Source of the DNA: Ferruginibacter sp.
GTDB taxonomy: Bacteria > Bacteroidota > Bacteroidia > Chitinophagales > Chitinophagaceae
NCBI GenBank assembly: GCA_040003235.1
Contig: JBDUCW010000005.1
Location: 1,665-65,664, forward strand
Direction: 5' to 3'
Length of the DNA stretch: 64,000 bases
In this document: positions 20,045 through 29,778 of the stretch, piece by piece
How positions within the stretch are numbered: position 1 is the first letter of the stretch
How the letters are laid out: each line of letters starts with the position of its first letter
Notes under the pieces: model-generated
Seen by the model: only the letters and a program-made list of their open reading frames with translations
Database searches by the model: none
Told to the model about the DNA's origin: nothing
Made by a program: the position numbers and the translations under genes

Positions 20045-20145
20045 ATTTAAATTAAATAACGTTTTGCAATTTACGATTTAATGCGTTGTGCTGATGACTA
20101 AGAATGGTTTATAATATCAATGTGAACTGCATTTTAACATAGCAA

Positions 20146-21777
20146 TTAATGTTCTTCTTCTTTAGGAAGTTTTAAATTCAATTTCAATTCATCAATATCC
20201 ATTTCCCTTTCCACTTCTTTGATCGCGGTGTCACTGAATTCTCCTTCTTTGTGAAGTTTGATGAGCAACTCCCGTTGAAAATTAAGTAATTCAATCTGTG
20301 CATCCAGCATCAGGTTCTTGGGTGTTTCCGGAATATCAGTATCTGTACGCTTTGCTTTTTTATAAATGTTTATTTCCTTGGTTAATTCTTTGGTCTGCAG
20401 CTCATATTTATTTTTTATGGACTGAATGTTTTTATTATCCAGTGCAGCCTGTAATTCATTATCAATATAATGCAGGGTGCTGTTGGCAAGATATAATTTT
20501 AATTCCTTTGCCTCACTGTCCGCATAGCTCTGCGGCTTGATACCCAGCCAGCGTATGAGCAGGGGAAGTGTTAATCCCTGCACAACCAGTGTCACGAAAA
20601 TCACAACAAATGCCAGGAAGATAATGGAGTTTCTTTTTGGAAATGCTGTTCCATCCCGCAGCAGCAAAGGAAGTGCAAGAGCAGTAGCAAGCGAAATCAC
20701 TCCTCTTGTTCCTGTCCATGCAACGATCAATACATTTTTCCAGGTATCAGGATGATGAGAATTTTCAGCGCCCCCCTTTTTTTTCTTAAAGAAAGATTGC
20801 CAATAAGCTCCGGCAAATACCCAGATGATGCGTACGATGATTGTTATAAGACTGATCACTAATCCTTCACCAAGAATTTGCCAGAATGGATAACCCTGCA
20901 TTCCTTTCAAAACAAAAGGCAACTGCAATCCAATCAGTATAAACACAAATCCATTGAGTAAAAAAATCAGAGTATCCCATACAACCCTTGTCCGTATCCG
21001 TGTTTGATAAGTGAATATTTCCGGTGCCCGCCAGGACATGACCAGTCCCGCACTTACAACAGATAATACACCCGACATTTGCAGATGTTCTGCAACCAGG
21101 TACGCTACATAAGGAGCCAGCAAGGTGAGGCTGGTTTCTACAAGGGCATTGTCTAAAATTTTTTTATGTGCCAGCATAAATAAATAACCGATCGCTACGC
21201 CAATCGCGATACCGGCACCTGACACGATTAAAAATTGCAGGGATGCTTTCCATAAAATAAAAGTACCGGTACTAACGGCAACTACTGCATACCGATAGGC
21301 TATCAATGCAGAAGCATCATTCAATAAACTTTCACCTTCCAGAATAGTGATTACCTGCTTGTTCAAGCCGAGTCCTTTGGTAATGCCGGTTGCAGCAACA
21401 GCATCCGGCGGAGAAATAATAGCGCCCAATAAAAAAGACAATGGCCATGAAAAGCCCGGTATCAGAAAATGTGCAGTCACCGCTACTGCAACAGTTGTAA
21501 AAAAAACCAGGGTTATTGCAAGAGCAGAAATGGGCCGTATCAAAGTTCTGAATTCATGCCAGGAAGTTTTGGAAGCAGCGTCATAAAGTAAGGGAGGTAA
21601 AAAAATAATAAAAACAATTTCAGGATCGAGAGCAAGATCGGGCAATGCAGGAATGACTCCGATGATCAAGCCGGCAACTACCAGCAAAACAGGGTAGGGA
21701 AGTTTGGTTTTATTCAGCAGCGCGGTAAGGCTGATGAGAATGGCCATGATAAAAACTACGATCTTGAAATTTTCCAT
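20146..21777 (-). CDS. Na+/H+ antiporter (CPA1, NhaP-type) with cytoplasmic C-domain
   Basis: About 12 TM helices. LEGESLLNDA and WTGTRGVISLA motifs. 543 aa. Confidence 0.85.
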   Translation of the reverse strand: MENFKIVVFIMAILISLTALLNKTKLPYPVLLVVAGLIIGVIPALPDLALDPEIVFIIFLPPLLYDAASKTSWHEFRTLIRPISALAITLVFFTTVAVAVTAHFLIPGFSWPLSFLLGAIISPPDAVAATGITKGLGLNKQVITILEGESLLNDASALIAYRYAVVAVSTGTFILWKASLQFLIVSGAGIAIGVAIGYLFMLAHKKILDNALVETSLTLLAPYVAYLVAEHLQMSGVLSVVSAGLVMSWRAPEIFTYQTRIRTRVVWDTLIFLLNGFVFILIGLQLPFVLKGMQGYPFWQILGEGLVISLITIIVRIIWVFAGAYWQSFFKKKKGGAENSHHPDTWKNVLIVAWTGTRGVISLATALALPLLLRDGTAFPKRNSIIFLAFVVIFVTLVVQGLTLPLLIRWLGIKPQSYADSEAKELKLYLANSTLHYIDNELQAALDNKNIQSIKNKYELQTKELTKEINIYKKAKRTDTDIPETPKNLMLDAQIELLNFQRELLIKLHKEGEFSDTAIKEVEREMDIDELKLNLKLPKEEEH

Positions 21778-21875
21778 ATTTCTCTAAGCCGGCATACCGG
21801 ATAATGCTGTACCAACTTTTGATTTACTTAAATATAGGCTTTTCATGTTGAATACTAACAGCGAAGATGCGGCAT

Positions 21876-21901
21876 AAAAAAAGAGAACCGGAGTTCTCTT
21901 T
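21876..21901 (-). terminator. Intrinsic terminator after the blaR1-like gene
   Basis: On the minus strand: AAAGAGAAC-TCCG-GTTCTCTTT, a perfect 9-bp stem followed by a T-run. Confidence 0.75.
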
Positions 21902-21921
21902 ACATAAAACTATTGATCGGA

Positions 21922-23856
21922 TCAGGTGGTGCTTATTTTTTTTGTGGTGACTTTTATCACGCCGTTTTTCCCTTTATCTCCATATTCTTTTTCAGCTTTT
22001 GCACCGCTCAATATGTCGATTGATTGTATTGATTCCGGTTTTAATTTATCTTTTTCTCCCGCGGTTGCTTCTTTGCCATCAATAATGTACAGGGCATTGG
22101 CAGTAAGTCCGCCAAGTGGTTTCCCTGTTACAGTGATCGGCACCGAAGGTGAACTGGCTGTTGCTTTTGAAGAAGATGTCGGGTACCCCATAACTGTTAC
22201 TTCGTCAACAGATGATTTTACATTTGTTACAGCTGATACTTTTACTCCGGTTAAATTTGTAGCAGCAGCAATTGGATGCCCTGCTACTGTTACTTCGCGG
22301 ACTGCAGGACTTGCACTTTTCACAGCAGCAATTTTTACTCCGGTAACTGTTACAGCCGGGGCTGTTGCTATTTCCACTATCTCCCCAGGCGCAACATTTT
22401 CAGTAATTGTATTGGCAATTTTTGGAGTACTGTGTACTTCAACGATAGCCGGACGAACTGCTGTACCGCTATTTTTTTTGGTGGTGATCTTGATCACACC
22501 ATTTTGCGCAAGCTCACCATAGATCGCTATTGCTTCTTTATCTTTCAATACATCTATTCTTTCAATATCATTGGGATTGATGGAAGAAAGCACCGTGAAC
22601 GGCATTTTCCTTTCATCAACAATGATTAAGGGTTGCGGATGAGTTGGAACATCGGCTGTGCCATTTTCTTCCGGTTGTGGAGGAGCCAATGGAGCGGCCG
22701 GTGGTGGTGGCGGTAAAGGAAGCTCTCCGTATTTTTTTTCAAACGCAGCTTTCTGCATTTTGCTTTTCAAATCAAATTTTTCAACCTTTCCGTTTTTTTG
22801 TTTTACAGTGACAACAGAATTATTAACATCAACACTTTCTACATTAGCGGGTAATTCTTTGGGTGCAGCCGGTGGTGGTGGCGGCGGCGGCGGGGGAGGA
22901 GTTGGTGGTGGTGGCGGAGGAGGAACAGTGTCTGTAACATTCACCTGTGCAGAATACAGATTGTTTTTAAAACCAACCTGTTTTTCCCGGAAGGCCAAAA
23001 GAAGTGCTGCCGCCAGCGGCAGCACAAACAGAAATTTGGCAAGGTGCAACTTTGCACTCTTTAATTTGTTCATCATGACTATACGTTTTTTTAGTGAAGA
23101 AAAATTGAACTTCTGTGCTATACTGAATTGAGAAACTCCGATTACTTTTAATAAAAGATATTGATATTGTTTTTTGTCAATGCCGTTTTCAAGTACATTA
23201 TTATCAGCAATGAATTCGAGGTTCTGCCGGATGGCATGCCGTATCATCCAGGCAAAGGGATTGTACCAGTTAAGGATGCAGAGTATTTCTGCAAACAGAA
23301 TATCGATGGTGTGTTTTTGTTTCACATGAACAAATTCATGCCGGATCACTTCTTTAAATCCTTCTTCTTTCTGCAGATCATAATTCAGAAAAATGGAATT
23401 ACCGATGGAGAAAGGAATGATATTCTTTTTTACGCGGTAGATCTTAATCCCTTCTTCATTAATGAGGATCGCTTTTCTTTTGATCTGCAAAAAGGAAATA
23501 TATTGTACCAACAGCCTTACCGATAATATAATGGCACCGGCCGACAAAATAAGGGGAAGTGCCTGCAGAATTAATCCGTATACTGAATGGGTTTGATCAT
23601 ACGATCCTTTAATAGCCTGCAATTGCGAAAAATCTACACTGGGCAACAATTTTAAAACGCTGGTATCTTCTTTAGGTGCATTAAATAATGAAGCCACATT
23701 GATAAAGGGAATGTAAAAACAAAGCAGGCTGTTAAATAATAAGTACCACCTGTTCCAGTTATAAAAAGTAAGGCGGCGCAATACTGTTATGTAGAATAAA
23801 TAGACAACTGCCAGGCTGATGGAAAGTTTTAATAGATATTCAAAAATAAATTGCAT
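21922..23856 (-). CDS. M56 family (BlaR1-like) membrane metallopeptidase with atypical extracytoplasmic domain
   Basis: HEFVH zinc motif after 3-4 TM helices. Two poly-proline linkers. Two TonB-receptor plug-like motifs ([31 protein letters not shown] and [31 protein letters not shown]). Confidence 0.85.
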   Translation of the reverse strand: MQFIFEYLLKLSISLAVVYLFYITVLRRLTFYNWNRWYLLFNSLLCFYIPFINVASLFNAPKEDTSVLKLLPSVDFSQLQAIKGSYDQTHSVYGLILQALPLILSAGAIILSVRLLVQYISFLQIKRKAILINEEGIKIYRVKKNIIPFSIGNSIFLNYDLQKEEGFKEVIRHEFVHVKQKHTIDILFAEILCILNWYNPFAWMIRHAIRQNLEFIADNNVLENGIDKKQYQYLLLKVIGVSQFSIAQKFNFSSLKKRIVMMNKLKSAKLHLAKFLFVLPLAAALLLAFREKQVGFKNNLYSAQVNVTDTVPPPPPPPTPPPPPPPPPPAAPKELPANVESVDVNNSVVTVKQKNGKVEKFDLKSKMQKAAFEKKYGELPLPPPPPAAPLAPPQPEENGTADVPTHPQPLIIVDERKMPFTVLSSINPNDIERIDVLKDKEAIAIYGELAQNGVIKITTKKNSGTAVRPAIVEVHSTPKIANTITENVAPGEIVEIATAPAVTVTGVKIAAVKSASPAVREVTVAGHPIAAATNLTGVKVSAVTNVKSSVDEVTVMGYPTSSSKATASSPSVPITVTGKPLGGLTANALYIIDGKEATAGEKDKLKPESIQSIDILSGAKAEKEYGDKGKNGVIKVTTKKISTT

Positions 23857-23878
23857 AAATATTTTTTTCGGGTGAAAA

Positions 23879-24241
23879 TTATTTTTCTCCTTCTATTAAA
23901 GCAATGATCTCTTTTAATTCTTTTGGCGATAATTTTTTTTGGGCCACAAAAAAATTCACCAGTTCTTTGTAAGAGTTATCAAAATAATCCTTTACAAAAC
24001 CATTCATGAATTTTTTCTTGTAATCTGCTTCGGACACAACCGGACTATATAGATATGCATTCCCGACCAAACGGCTTTCCAGGAAATTTTTCTTCTCCAG
24101 GTTTTTAATAGTAGAGGCAAGAGTTGTATAAGGCGGTAATGGTTCTTCCATTTTGTCGAGAAACATTTTTACGTTGCCTTCGCCGGTCTGCCATACTGCC
24201 TGCATGGCCTGCTCTTCCTGGAGTGTAAGTTTTTCTATCAT
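23879..24241 (-). CDS. BlaI/MecI/CopY family transcriptional repressor
   Basis: 120-aa winged helix ([13 protein letters not shown]...). Lies 22 bp upstream of the M56 gene on the same strand. Confidence 0.9.
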   Translation of the reverse strand: MIEKLTLQEEQAMQAVWQTGEGNVKMFLDKMEEPLPPYTTLASTIKNLEKKNFLESRLVGNAYLYSPVVSEADYKKKFMNGFVKDYFDNSYKELVNFFVAQKKLSPKELKEIIALIEGEK

Positions 24242-24244
24242 ATC

Positions 24245-24278
24245 TACGAAGTTTTCGTAAATATACGAATGTTTCGTA
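24245..24278. promoter_or_regulatory. Candidate BlaI operator: two TACGAA-N3-TTCGTA dyads
   Basis: TACGAAGTTTTCGTA (24245-24259) and TACGAATGTTTCGTA (24264-24278), centres 19 bp apart. The first starts 4 nt upstream of the blaI-like ATG. Confidence 0.5.
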
Positions 24279-24381
24279 AATGAACAAATTTTTTTTTGCC
24301 ACGGATAGCACGGAACTTAAATACGAATACATTAGCCACTAATAAGATCGATAAGCACGAATGAATACAAAAGAGGTAGCA

Positions 24382-24396
24382 GTTGTCAGATGACAG
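24382..24396. repeat. Family D copy GTTGTCAGATGACAG
   Basis: Exact reverse-complement match to 6969-6983 and one mismatch to the 14509 tandem units. Intergenic. Confidence 0.8.
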
Positions 24397-24501
24397 TTAA
24401 CAGATATTTGATACAAAAATTATGATTCAATGATAGACGCGATGAGCCTTCCCACTGTACTTGAATAAATGATGGAACACGTAAGCCTAAAAAATTATTT
24501 T

Positions 24502-24533
24502 CACTTATAACGTATTACTTAAAACGTGCAACG
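24502..24533. repeat. Family F-like word block (CACTTATAACGTATTACTTAAAACGTGCAACG)
   Basis: Same words as 59922-59953 and 61731-61755. Abuts the stop codon of the DUF1501 gene. Confidence 0.6.
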
Positions 24534-26138
24534 TTATTTCATTTTCATCACGTTGATCACTTTCTGCAGTGATCCATTCTGCAGTCTGATAAAATAAACG
24601 CCGTTCGGAAGCTGGTCATTGTAGATATCGATATTATAAGTGCCGGCTGCATAATCTTTATTCGTCAGTACTTTGATGACCTGTCCCAATGCATCCATCT
24701 GTTGTATCATCGTATTGCCGCCATTGGTAGAAAACTGAAGTGTGGCACTTAAAGAATATGGATTCGGCGACATTTTTAAAATGAGTTTGTCAGCATTGGT
24801 ATTGGTATGATCGATGTCTTCCGGCAAACCGCAGGGGCCGCCCTGTATCAATGGCAGCGCCTGGTAATTGTGTAAAAGAATTGAATCGAGCGCCGGTTGC
24901 TTTACACAGAACCATTGCTGCAATACCGAAGCATAAATACTTCTGAAATCATATTGAAACGGAATATTATTTACCACCTGGATGTCGGCAGGGATATCCG
25001 GACTGTTTCCAAGAATTCCTTTCTTTACATGTTTGCCGAACATGATCACCGGTGCAGCAGCACCATGATCTGTTCCCATACTGGCATTGGATTTTATGCG
25101 ACGGCCAAATTCAGAAAAGGTCATTCCGAGAACACGGTCATCCAGCTGCATCAGCTCAAGATCCTGCTGAAAAGAACTGACTGCTGTTGAAATATTTTTC
25201 ATCAGGTTTGCATGAAAACCTGTTGTGGTGTCACTTGCATTTACCTGGCGTTTGTGTGTATCAAACCCACCTAACGTTACGGTGTACACCCTTGTTTTTA
25301 ATCCGCCCTTGATCAATCTTGCCACAATTTTTAATTGATCTGCCAGCGAATTTTCTGTTGGATAAGATGCCAGTGTTGTTGCATTGCGATAAGCTGTTCT
25401 GATGATATCAGAATATATTTTTGTTTTTTCAGAGATCACGCGGAGATACTTCAATTCCTTATTGGCAGGAACAGAAGAGAGCGGATAATCTTCAAATGGA
25501 TTTTCGAATGTGTAAACTTTTTCAGGATTGGTAATAGAGAGGCCCATTGAATAAATACTTCCCTGCAGATCAAGCGTGGGAACATTACTGATCTGTATCG
25601 CCAAAGGATCGGGCATACTTCCGTTTGGAAATGCATCAGGATATCCGGGAAATTCATTTTCAAGATAACGGCCCATCCAGCCCGTCTTTACACGGTTTGC
25701 GCGAATGGTTGCAGTGTCTCCGCTCATCCAGATATCCCTCGCCTGAAAATGAGAAAAGTTCGGGTTGTCGTAACCGGCAGACTGAATCACATTCATCTTG
25801 CCATTGTTGAACATATTCTGCATTGCCGTCATTGCAGGATGCAATCCCGATTTATCGGTGCCATTTAAACGCAGCACTTTGCTTTGCGGGATGGCAACAT
25901 TGGTACGGGCATTATAATAATTGCCATATACATCCAGCGGTACTACCATGTTTAATCCATCATTGCCTCCCTGCAATTGAATCAGCACCAGCACGTGATC
26001 GGTATCGGTTGCTTCTTCCAGCAGTTTTGCAAGCTGACTGTTAGTAGCACTGAAAGCAGTAAATGAAAACCCATTGAGCATGGCAGGTAAAGCAACAGCG
26101 GTTGGTATTGTATTGGTTAAAAATTTTCTTCTGTTCAT
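24534..26138 (-). CDS. DUF1501 family protein with Tat-type signal and T9SS type A C-terminal sorting domain
   Basis: N-terminal NRRKFL plus h-region. DUF1501 motifs (GGNDGLN, GGFDTH, TFSEFGRR, GTDHG). Last ~85 aa are Por_Secre_tail-like (SPNPYS...GVYFIRL...QKVINVMK). Confidence 0.8.
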   Translation of the reverse strand: MNRRKFLTNTIPTAVALPAMLNGFSFTAFSATNSQLAKLLEEATDTDHVLVLIQLQGGNDGLNMVVPLDVYGNYYNARTNVAIPQSKVLRLNGTDKSGLHPAMTAMQNMFNNGKMNVIQSAGYDNPNFSHFQARDIWMSGDTATIRANRVKTGWMGRYLENEFPGYPDAFPNGSMPDPLAIQISNVPTLDLQGSIYSMGLSITNPEKVYTFENPFEDYPLSSVPANKELKYLRVISEKTKIYSDIIRTAYRNATTLASYPTENSLADQLKIVARLIKGGLKTRVYTVTLGGFDTHKRQVNASDTTTGFHANLMKNISTAVSSFQQDLELMQLDDRVLGMTFSEFGRRIKSNASMGTDHGAAAPVIMFGKHVKKGILGNSPDIPADIQVVNNIPFQYDFRSIYASVLQQWFCVKQPALDSILLHNYQALPLIQGGPCGLPEDIDHTNTNADKLILKMSPNPYSLSATLQFSTNGGNTMIQQMDALGQVIKVLTNKDYAAGTYNIDIYNDQLPNGVYFIRLQNGSLQKVINVMKMK

Positions 26139-26166
26139 GATATTGGTTTTAGAGGAACAAATAAAA

Positions 26167-27807
26167 TCAGCACAAATGAAACTCCGGTAAATTCATAATG
26201 AACCTGAACATTTCATTCAATGATGCAGTGATGACAACGTTATTATTACTGTTCCATGCGTTTGTCCAGATTGTATCATCCGTTGTGTTATTCAGTAAAA
26301 ATTTTGTTTTGATATAATTCTTTGAATTCACAGATAAGGGATAACGAAGCAGCAAGGCCGTTATATCTGCGATCAATTGATTGGGATCGGCAGGATTGCC
26401 TGAATACGATGCAAATGCTTTCACATCAATCATCCGGTCGTTGATCAATCCGTCTGTAAAATCTGCACGCCTTGGAAGTGAATTGCTGTTTACCCACAAT
26501 TCATAATTCATCGGGTCCTGAACATACGCTGCATAACCCGAAACATCAGGTGGTTGAAATAATTCCTGCTGCATTGCGGCAGCATTTTCAAACAATGACT
26601 CGAATAAAGGATAGCCATTTAAGTAATCGGTATAAGGAGGAAAATTAATATCGAATTCACGCAGCGTACCGGCGAGTATATCAAAGGGACTTTTTATATA
26701 ACAGGCCTGGTTGAGTGTATCAAAAAAATGTTCGCTTTTAAAAAGCGCTGACAGCACCGGTTTTATTTCGTAGTTGTTATTTCTTAGAATCGTTGCCAGC
26801 GGCGTAATGACATTCAGTTCTGTATTGTCATCAATATTATAATAGACAAACCATTTATAAATTTTTCTGCAAATGAATTTTGATGCTTCGGTTGTGGCGA
26901 ATATCATATCTACGAATGTGTCCAGTTCCTGCGTTGGGTTAGTGCTTCCCGTTATGACCGTGTTATTATAAAAAGACGAAAATGTTTTTGATCCGGTATC
27001 ATGAGCAGACGGATCCATAAAAGACCCGACAGGATTGCTTTTTACGCGCCAGCCCGTTAATACTCTTGCTGCAGCAATAACATCATTCTCTGTAAAACCG
27101 GAATCCGTGCCTTTGCCAATTGTAAATAATTCCTGGAATTCCCTTGCATAATTTTCGTCCGGCGCCTGCCGGGAATTAAGATAACCATTCAGATGCAGGA
27201 GCATTGCCGGATCGATGGTTACTGCTTTCGCCAATGTTTTTACGTTTCCCAGAACATTAGTGCGGAGTAAACTATGATGGCGGTATAGAAAAGCAGAATC
27301 ACCAACTTCTTCCTGCTGTACGGAATAGTGATGATGCCAGAATAAAACCATTTTTTCCTGGATGCTTCTTTCCTGTTTAATGATCAGTCCGGCCCACCAT
27401 TTACGCAGGCTTTCCATCCGCAGGCGGTTGATCGAACCTTTTACAATATCGGCGCTTGCAGTATTGGGATCATTCACCCAGGTTTGCCCCAGAGCAACGC
27501 CAAGATCATCATACAATGTTCCTTCTTCATCAATCAAACCATAATCACGCAGTGGTGGATTGGGTACAGAAATATTATTGAGTAATTCATCCACAGCCTG
27601 GTCTTTCGTTAACGTAAGCAAATGATCGATGTCGGATTTTTTTGCACCAAACATCGTCCGTTTTAAAAGATGTGCTGCTTCATTGATGGTCCATGTTCCC
27701 GTATACGGATTAATGCCACTGGTCAATCCACGTTGATTGCTGAAAACTTCCGGCTTTGTTGCAAAAAGGTTTTTTTTAGCGTTGGTAAAAAATGATTTTC
27801 TATCCAT
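26167..27807 (-). CDS. DUF1800 family protein
   Basis: Shares FWHHHY, NENYAREFQELFTIGKG and TENDVIAAARVLTGW blocks with the paralog at 42406-43896. Lies 28 bp upstream of the DUF1501 gene. Confidence 0.8.
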   Translation of the reverse strand: MDRKSFFTNAKKNLFATKPEVFSNQRGLTSGINPYTGTWTINEAAHLLKRTMFGAKKSDIDHLLTLTKDQAVDELLNNISVPNPPLRDYGLIDEEGTLYDDLGVALGQTWVNDPNTASADIVKGSINRLRMESLRKWWAGLIIKQERSIQEKMVLFWHHHYSVQQEEVGDSAFLYRHHSLLRTNVLGNVKTLAKAVTIDPAMLLHLNGYLNSRQAPDENYAREFQELFTIGKGTDSGFTENDVIAAARVLTGWRVKSNPVGSFMDPSAHDTGSKTFSSFYNNTVITGSTNPTQELDTFVDMIFATTEASKFICRKIYKWFVYYNIDDNTELNVITPLATILRNNNYEIKPVLSALFKSEHFFDTLNQACYIKSPFDILAGTLREFDINFPPYTDYLNGYPLFESLFENAAAMQQELFQPPDVSGYAAYVQDPMNYELWVNSNSLPRRADFTDGLINDRMIDVKAFASYSGNPADPNQLIADITALLLRYPLSVNSKNYIKTKFLLNNTTDDTIWTNAWNSNNNVVITASLNEMFRFIMNLPEFHLC

Positions 27808-27831
27808 GAGTTGGTCTTTACAGGTATTGAA

Positions 27832-29778
27832 TTACCGGATCAGCATGAAGGTTCCTTTCTGCTGCTGTGGTTTATTGTTGATGTCTTTATAATTGATATA
27901 ATAAATAAATGCACCCATCGGTTGAACAGATCCTTTGTAGCGCCCATCCCAGCGATTGTTCATTGTCGAACTTTTAAAAACAATTTCTCCATAACGGTTA
28001 TAGATTTCCATATTGAATGATTCGGGAACTTTTCCCAATGGTCCAAAGAAATCATTTAGTCCATCGCCATTCGGCGTAAAAGCGTTGGGTGTAAAAACCA
28101 CGGCGTCTTTTAAAACAACCACAGTAAAATAATCAGTGATTGAGCAACCGCTCGCTATTGTGTTGGTGGCTGAATATACCGTAGTGGTAATGGGGGTTGC
28201 AATGGGATTGGTACAATTCGTACAGCTTAATGACTGATGACTGGCCCATATAACAGTTCCGTTTCCACTAAAAGGAAGCGTAATGCTTTGTCCTGCGAAA
28301 ATGCTGTCGGATTTTTTCAGCTGATCAAAAGGGCCGCCAATTGCAACAGGTTTATACTTTACAAAAACAGAATCATAACCGCATGCATCTTTCAGGGTGT
28401 CGGTTACCGGGATGAAAGTATTGATATTGCAAACCGTTGAATCTTTTGAAATTGTTTTTGGGTTTTTTAATTTGATGATACCAAAATCTGTATCGCCAAA
28501 ACCATTACTGAAATCGCCATCCCCCGAATCTGTATCGCCTGCCAGGTAATATTCATCTGCAGCAGTATTGCCGATAATGCAATGAAGATTATCATTGCCT
28601 GTCCCGCCATAATTTTTTTTCCAGATAAGGTTTCCGGACGGACTTAGTTTTACTACCCAGTAATCGCCCATTCCTTTTGCACCTGTTACATCAACATCAT
28701 TCGAATAAGAAATGCCGCCGATGATATAACTGCTGTCTTTATCTGTAATGACTGAATTGGCGTATTCGGCATCGGTGCCGCCCAGAACCCTTTGCCAGTT
28801 GAGGTTTCCGGCCTGGCTTATATTCAATACCCAATAATCCTGGCTGCCTTTTGCGCCGTTCACATCTCCATCATTTGAAGTAGTATAGCCTGCGAGTGTA
28901 AGAGAACCATCAGTACCAACCGTCATGGCATAAGCAACATCATTCTGTGATCCGCCATATATTTTACTGAAGATTTTATTTCCATTCAGATCGAGCGCCA
29001 GTAACCATACGTCATAATTTTTTTGATTGGGAGGAATATCACCATCGGTTGAATTGGCATAACCCGCTAAAAATATTTTGCCATTGATGATCTTCATATC
29101 AAGCAGTTCATCATTTTTACTTCCACCAAAACATTTACTCCATAGCAGTGCACCCGTTGAGGAGACCTTCATCAGCACTGCATCTGTATAACCACCGGTT
29201 CCATGATTGCCGCTGATATCACCATCATTGGAAGTTGAAGAAGCTGTTATATAATATCCACCATCATTACTGATAGTAATATGGTTGCCGATATCAAGTC
29301 CGTTGCCGCCATATCTTTTCTGCCACTCCAAAGTTCCGGATGCGCTGAATTTTAAAAGCCAGACATCTTTTGTTCCGCCAAAGCCAGGAGTAACATCACC
29401 ATCTGTTGAATTGGTTTCGCCGAGCACGATAAAACCCCCGTCAGCAGTCTGTTCCAGGTCTCTTGCACTTTCATATCCTGTGCCGCCTAATGATTGCTGC
29501 CATTCTATAGTACCGCAACTGTTTAATTTGATGATCCACAGATCCCAATAGTCCCTGTTTGCATGTGACCCAACCTGCCCGTCTTTGGAATCTGTATATC
29601 CGGCAGCAACAGTGCCAGCATCTTTAGTGAATTTAATAACAAAAGGAATATCAATACCGGAACCTCCATAACGGAGCGCCCAGTTATTTGCAGGTATCTG
29701 CGCAACTATAAAATTGCACACCAGCAGATAACATAATACAATAAAAAAATATTTTTTTGGCAAAGGATGGATTTTCAT
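27832..29778 (-). CDS. Seven-repeat (beta-propeller-like) protein with T9SS type B C-terminal domain
   Basis: Start moved to the ATG at 29778 (MKIHPLPKKYFFIVL... signal peptide). Seven ~58-aa repeats (YGG..D......DGG....G.T.S.DGD......G..D.W..K....G...W). C-terminal FTPNGDGLNDFF gliding-motility CTD. Confidence 0.8.
   Translation of the reverse strand: MKIHPLPKKYFFIVLCYLLVCNFIVAQIPANNWALRYGGSGIDIPFVIKFTKDAGTVAAGYTDSKDGQVGSHANRDYWDLWIIKLNSCGTIEWQQSLGGTGYESARDLEQTADGGFIVLGETNSTDGDVTPGFGGTKDVWLLKFSASGTLEWQKRYGGNGLDIGNHITISNDGGYYITASSTSNDGDISGNHGTGGYTDAVLMKVSSTGALLWSKCFGGSKNDELLDMKIINGKIFLAGYANSTDGDIPPNQKNYDVWLLALDLNGNKIFSKIYGGSQNDVAYAMTVGTDGSLTLAGYTTSNDGDVNGAKGSQDYWVLNISQAGNLNWQRVLGGTDAEYANSVITDKDSSYIIGGISYSNDVDVTGAKGMGDYWVVKLSPSGNLIWKKNYGGTGNDNLHCIIGNTAADEYYLAGDTDSGDGDFSNGFGDTDFGIIKLKNPKTISKDSTVCNINTFIPVTDTLKDACGYDSVFVKYKPVAIGGPFDQLKKSDSIFAGQSITLPFSGNGTVIWASHQSLSCTNCTNPIATPITTTVYSATNTIASGCSITDYFTVVVLKDAVVFTPNAFTPNGDGLNDFFGPLGKVPESFNMEIYNRYGEIVFKSSTMNNRWDGRYKGSVQPMGAFIYYINYKDINNKPQQQKGTFMLIR

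Noticed and set aside
22658-23131. Plus-strand ORF with a poly-glycine run and a G-rich DNA tract (about 22675-22720 and 22868-22925). I considered it as a G-quadruplex or simple-sequence contingency locus.
   Set aside because: It is the antisense of the poly-proline linkers of the M56 protein. The tract is an interrupted GGT/GGC/GGA mix, not a homopolymer, and it stays in frame. It could still vary in length between strains, but nothing here shows that.
24441-24453. 13-mer GATGAGCCTTCCC shared between 24441-24453 and 44098-44110, both near DUF1800/DUF1501 loci.
   Set aside because: By a rough estimate, a single exact 13-mer pair is expected by chance in a 64-kb window. The flanks do not align, and the two sites are not equivalently placed (one downstream of one operon, the other upstream of the second).
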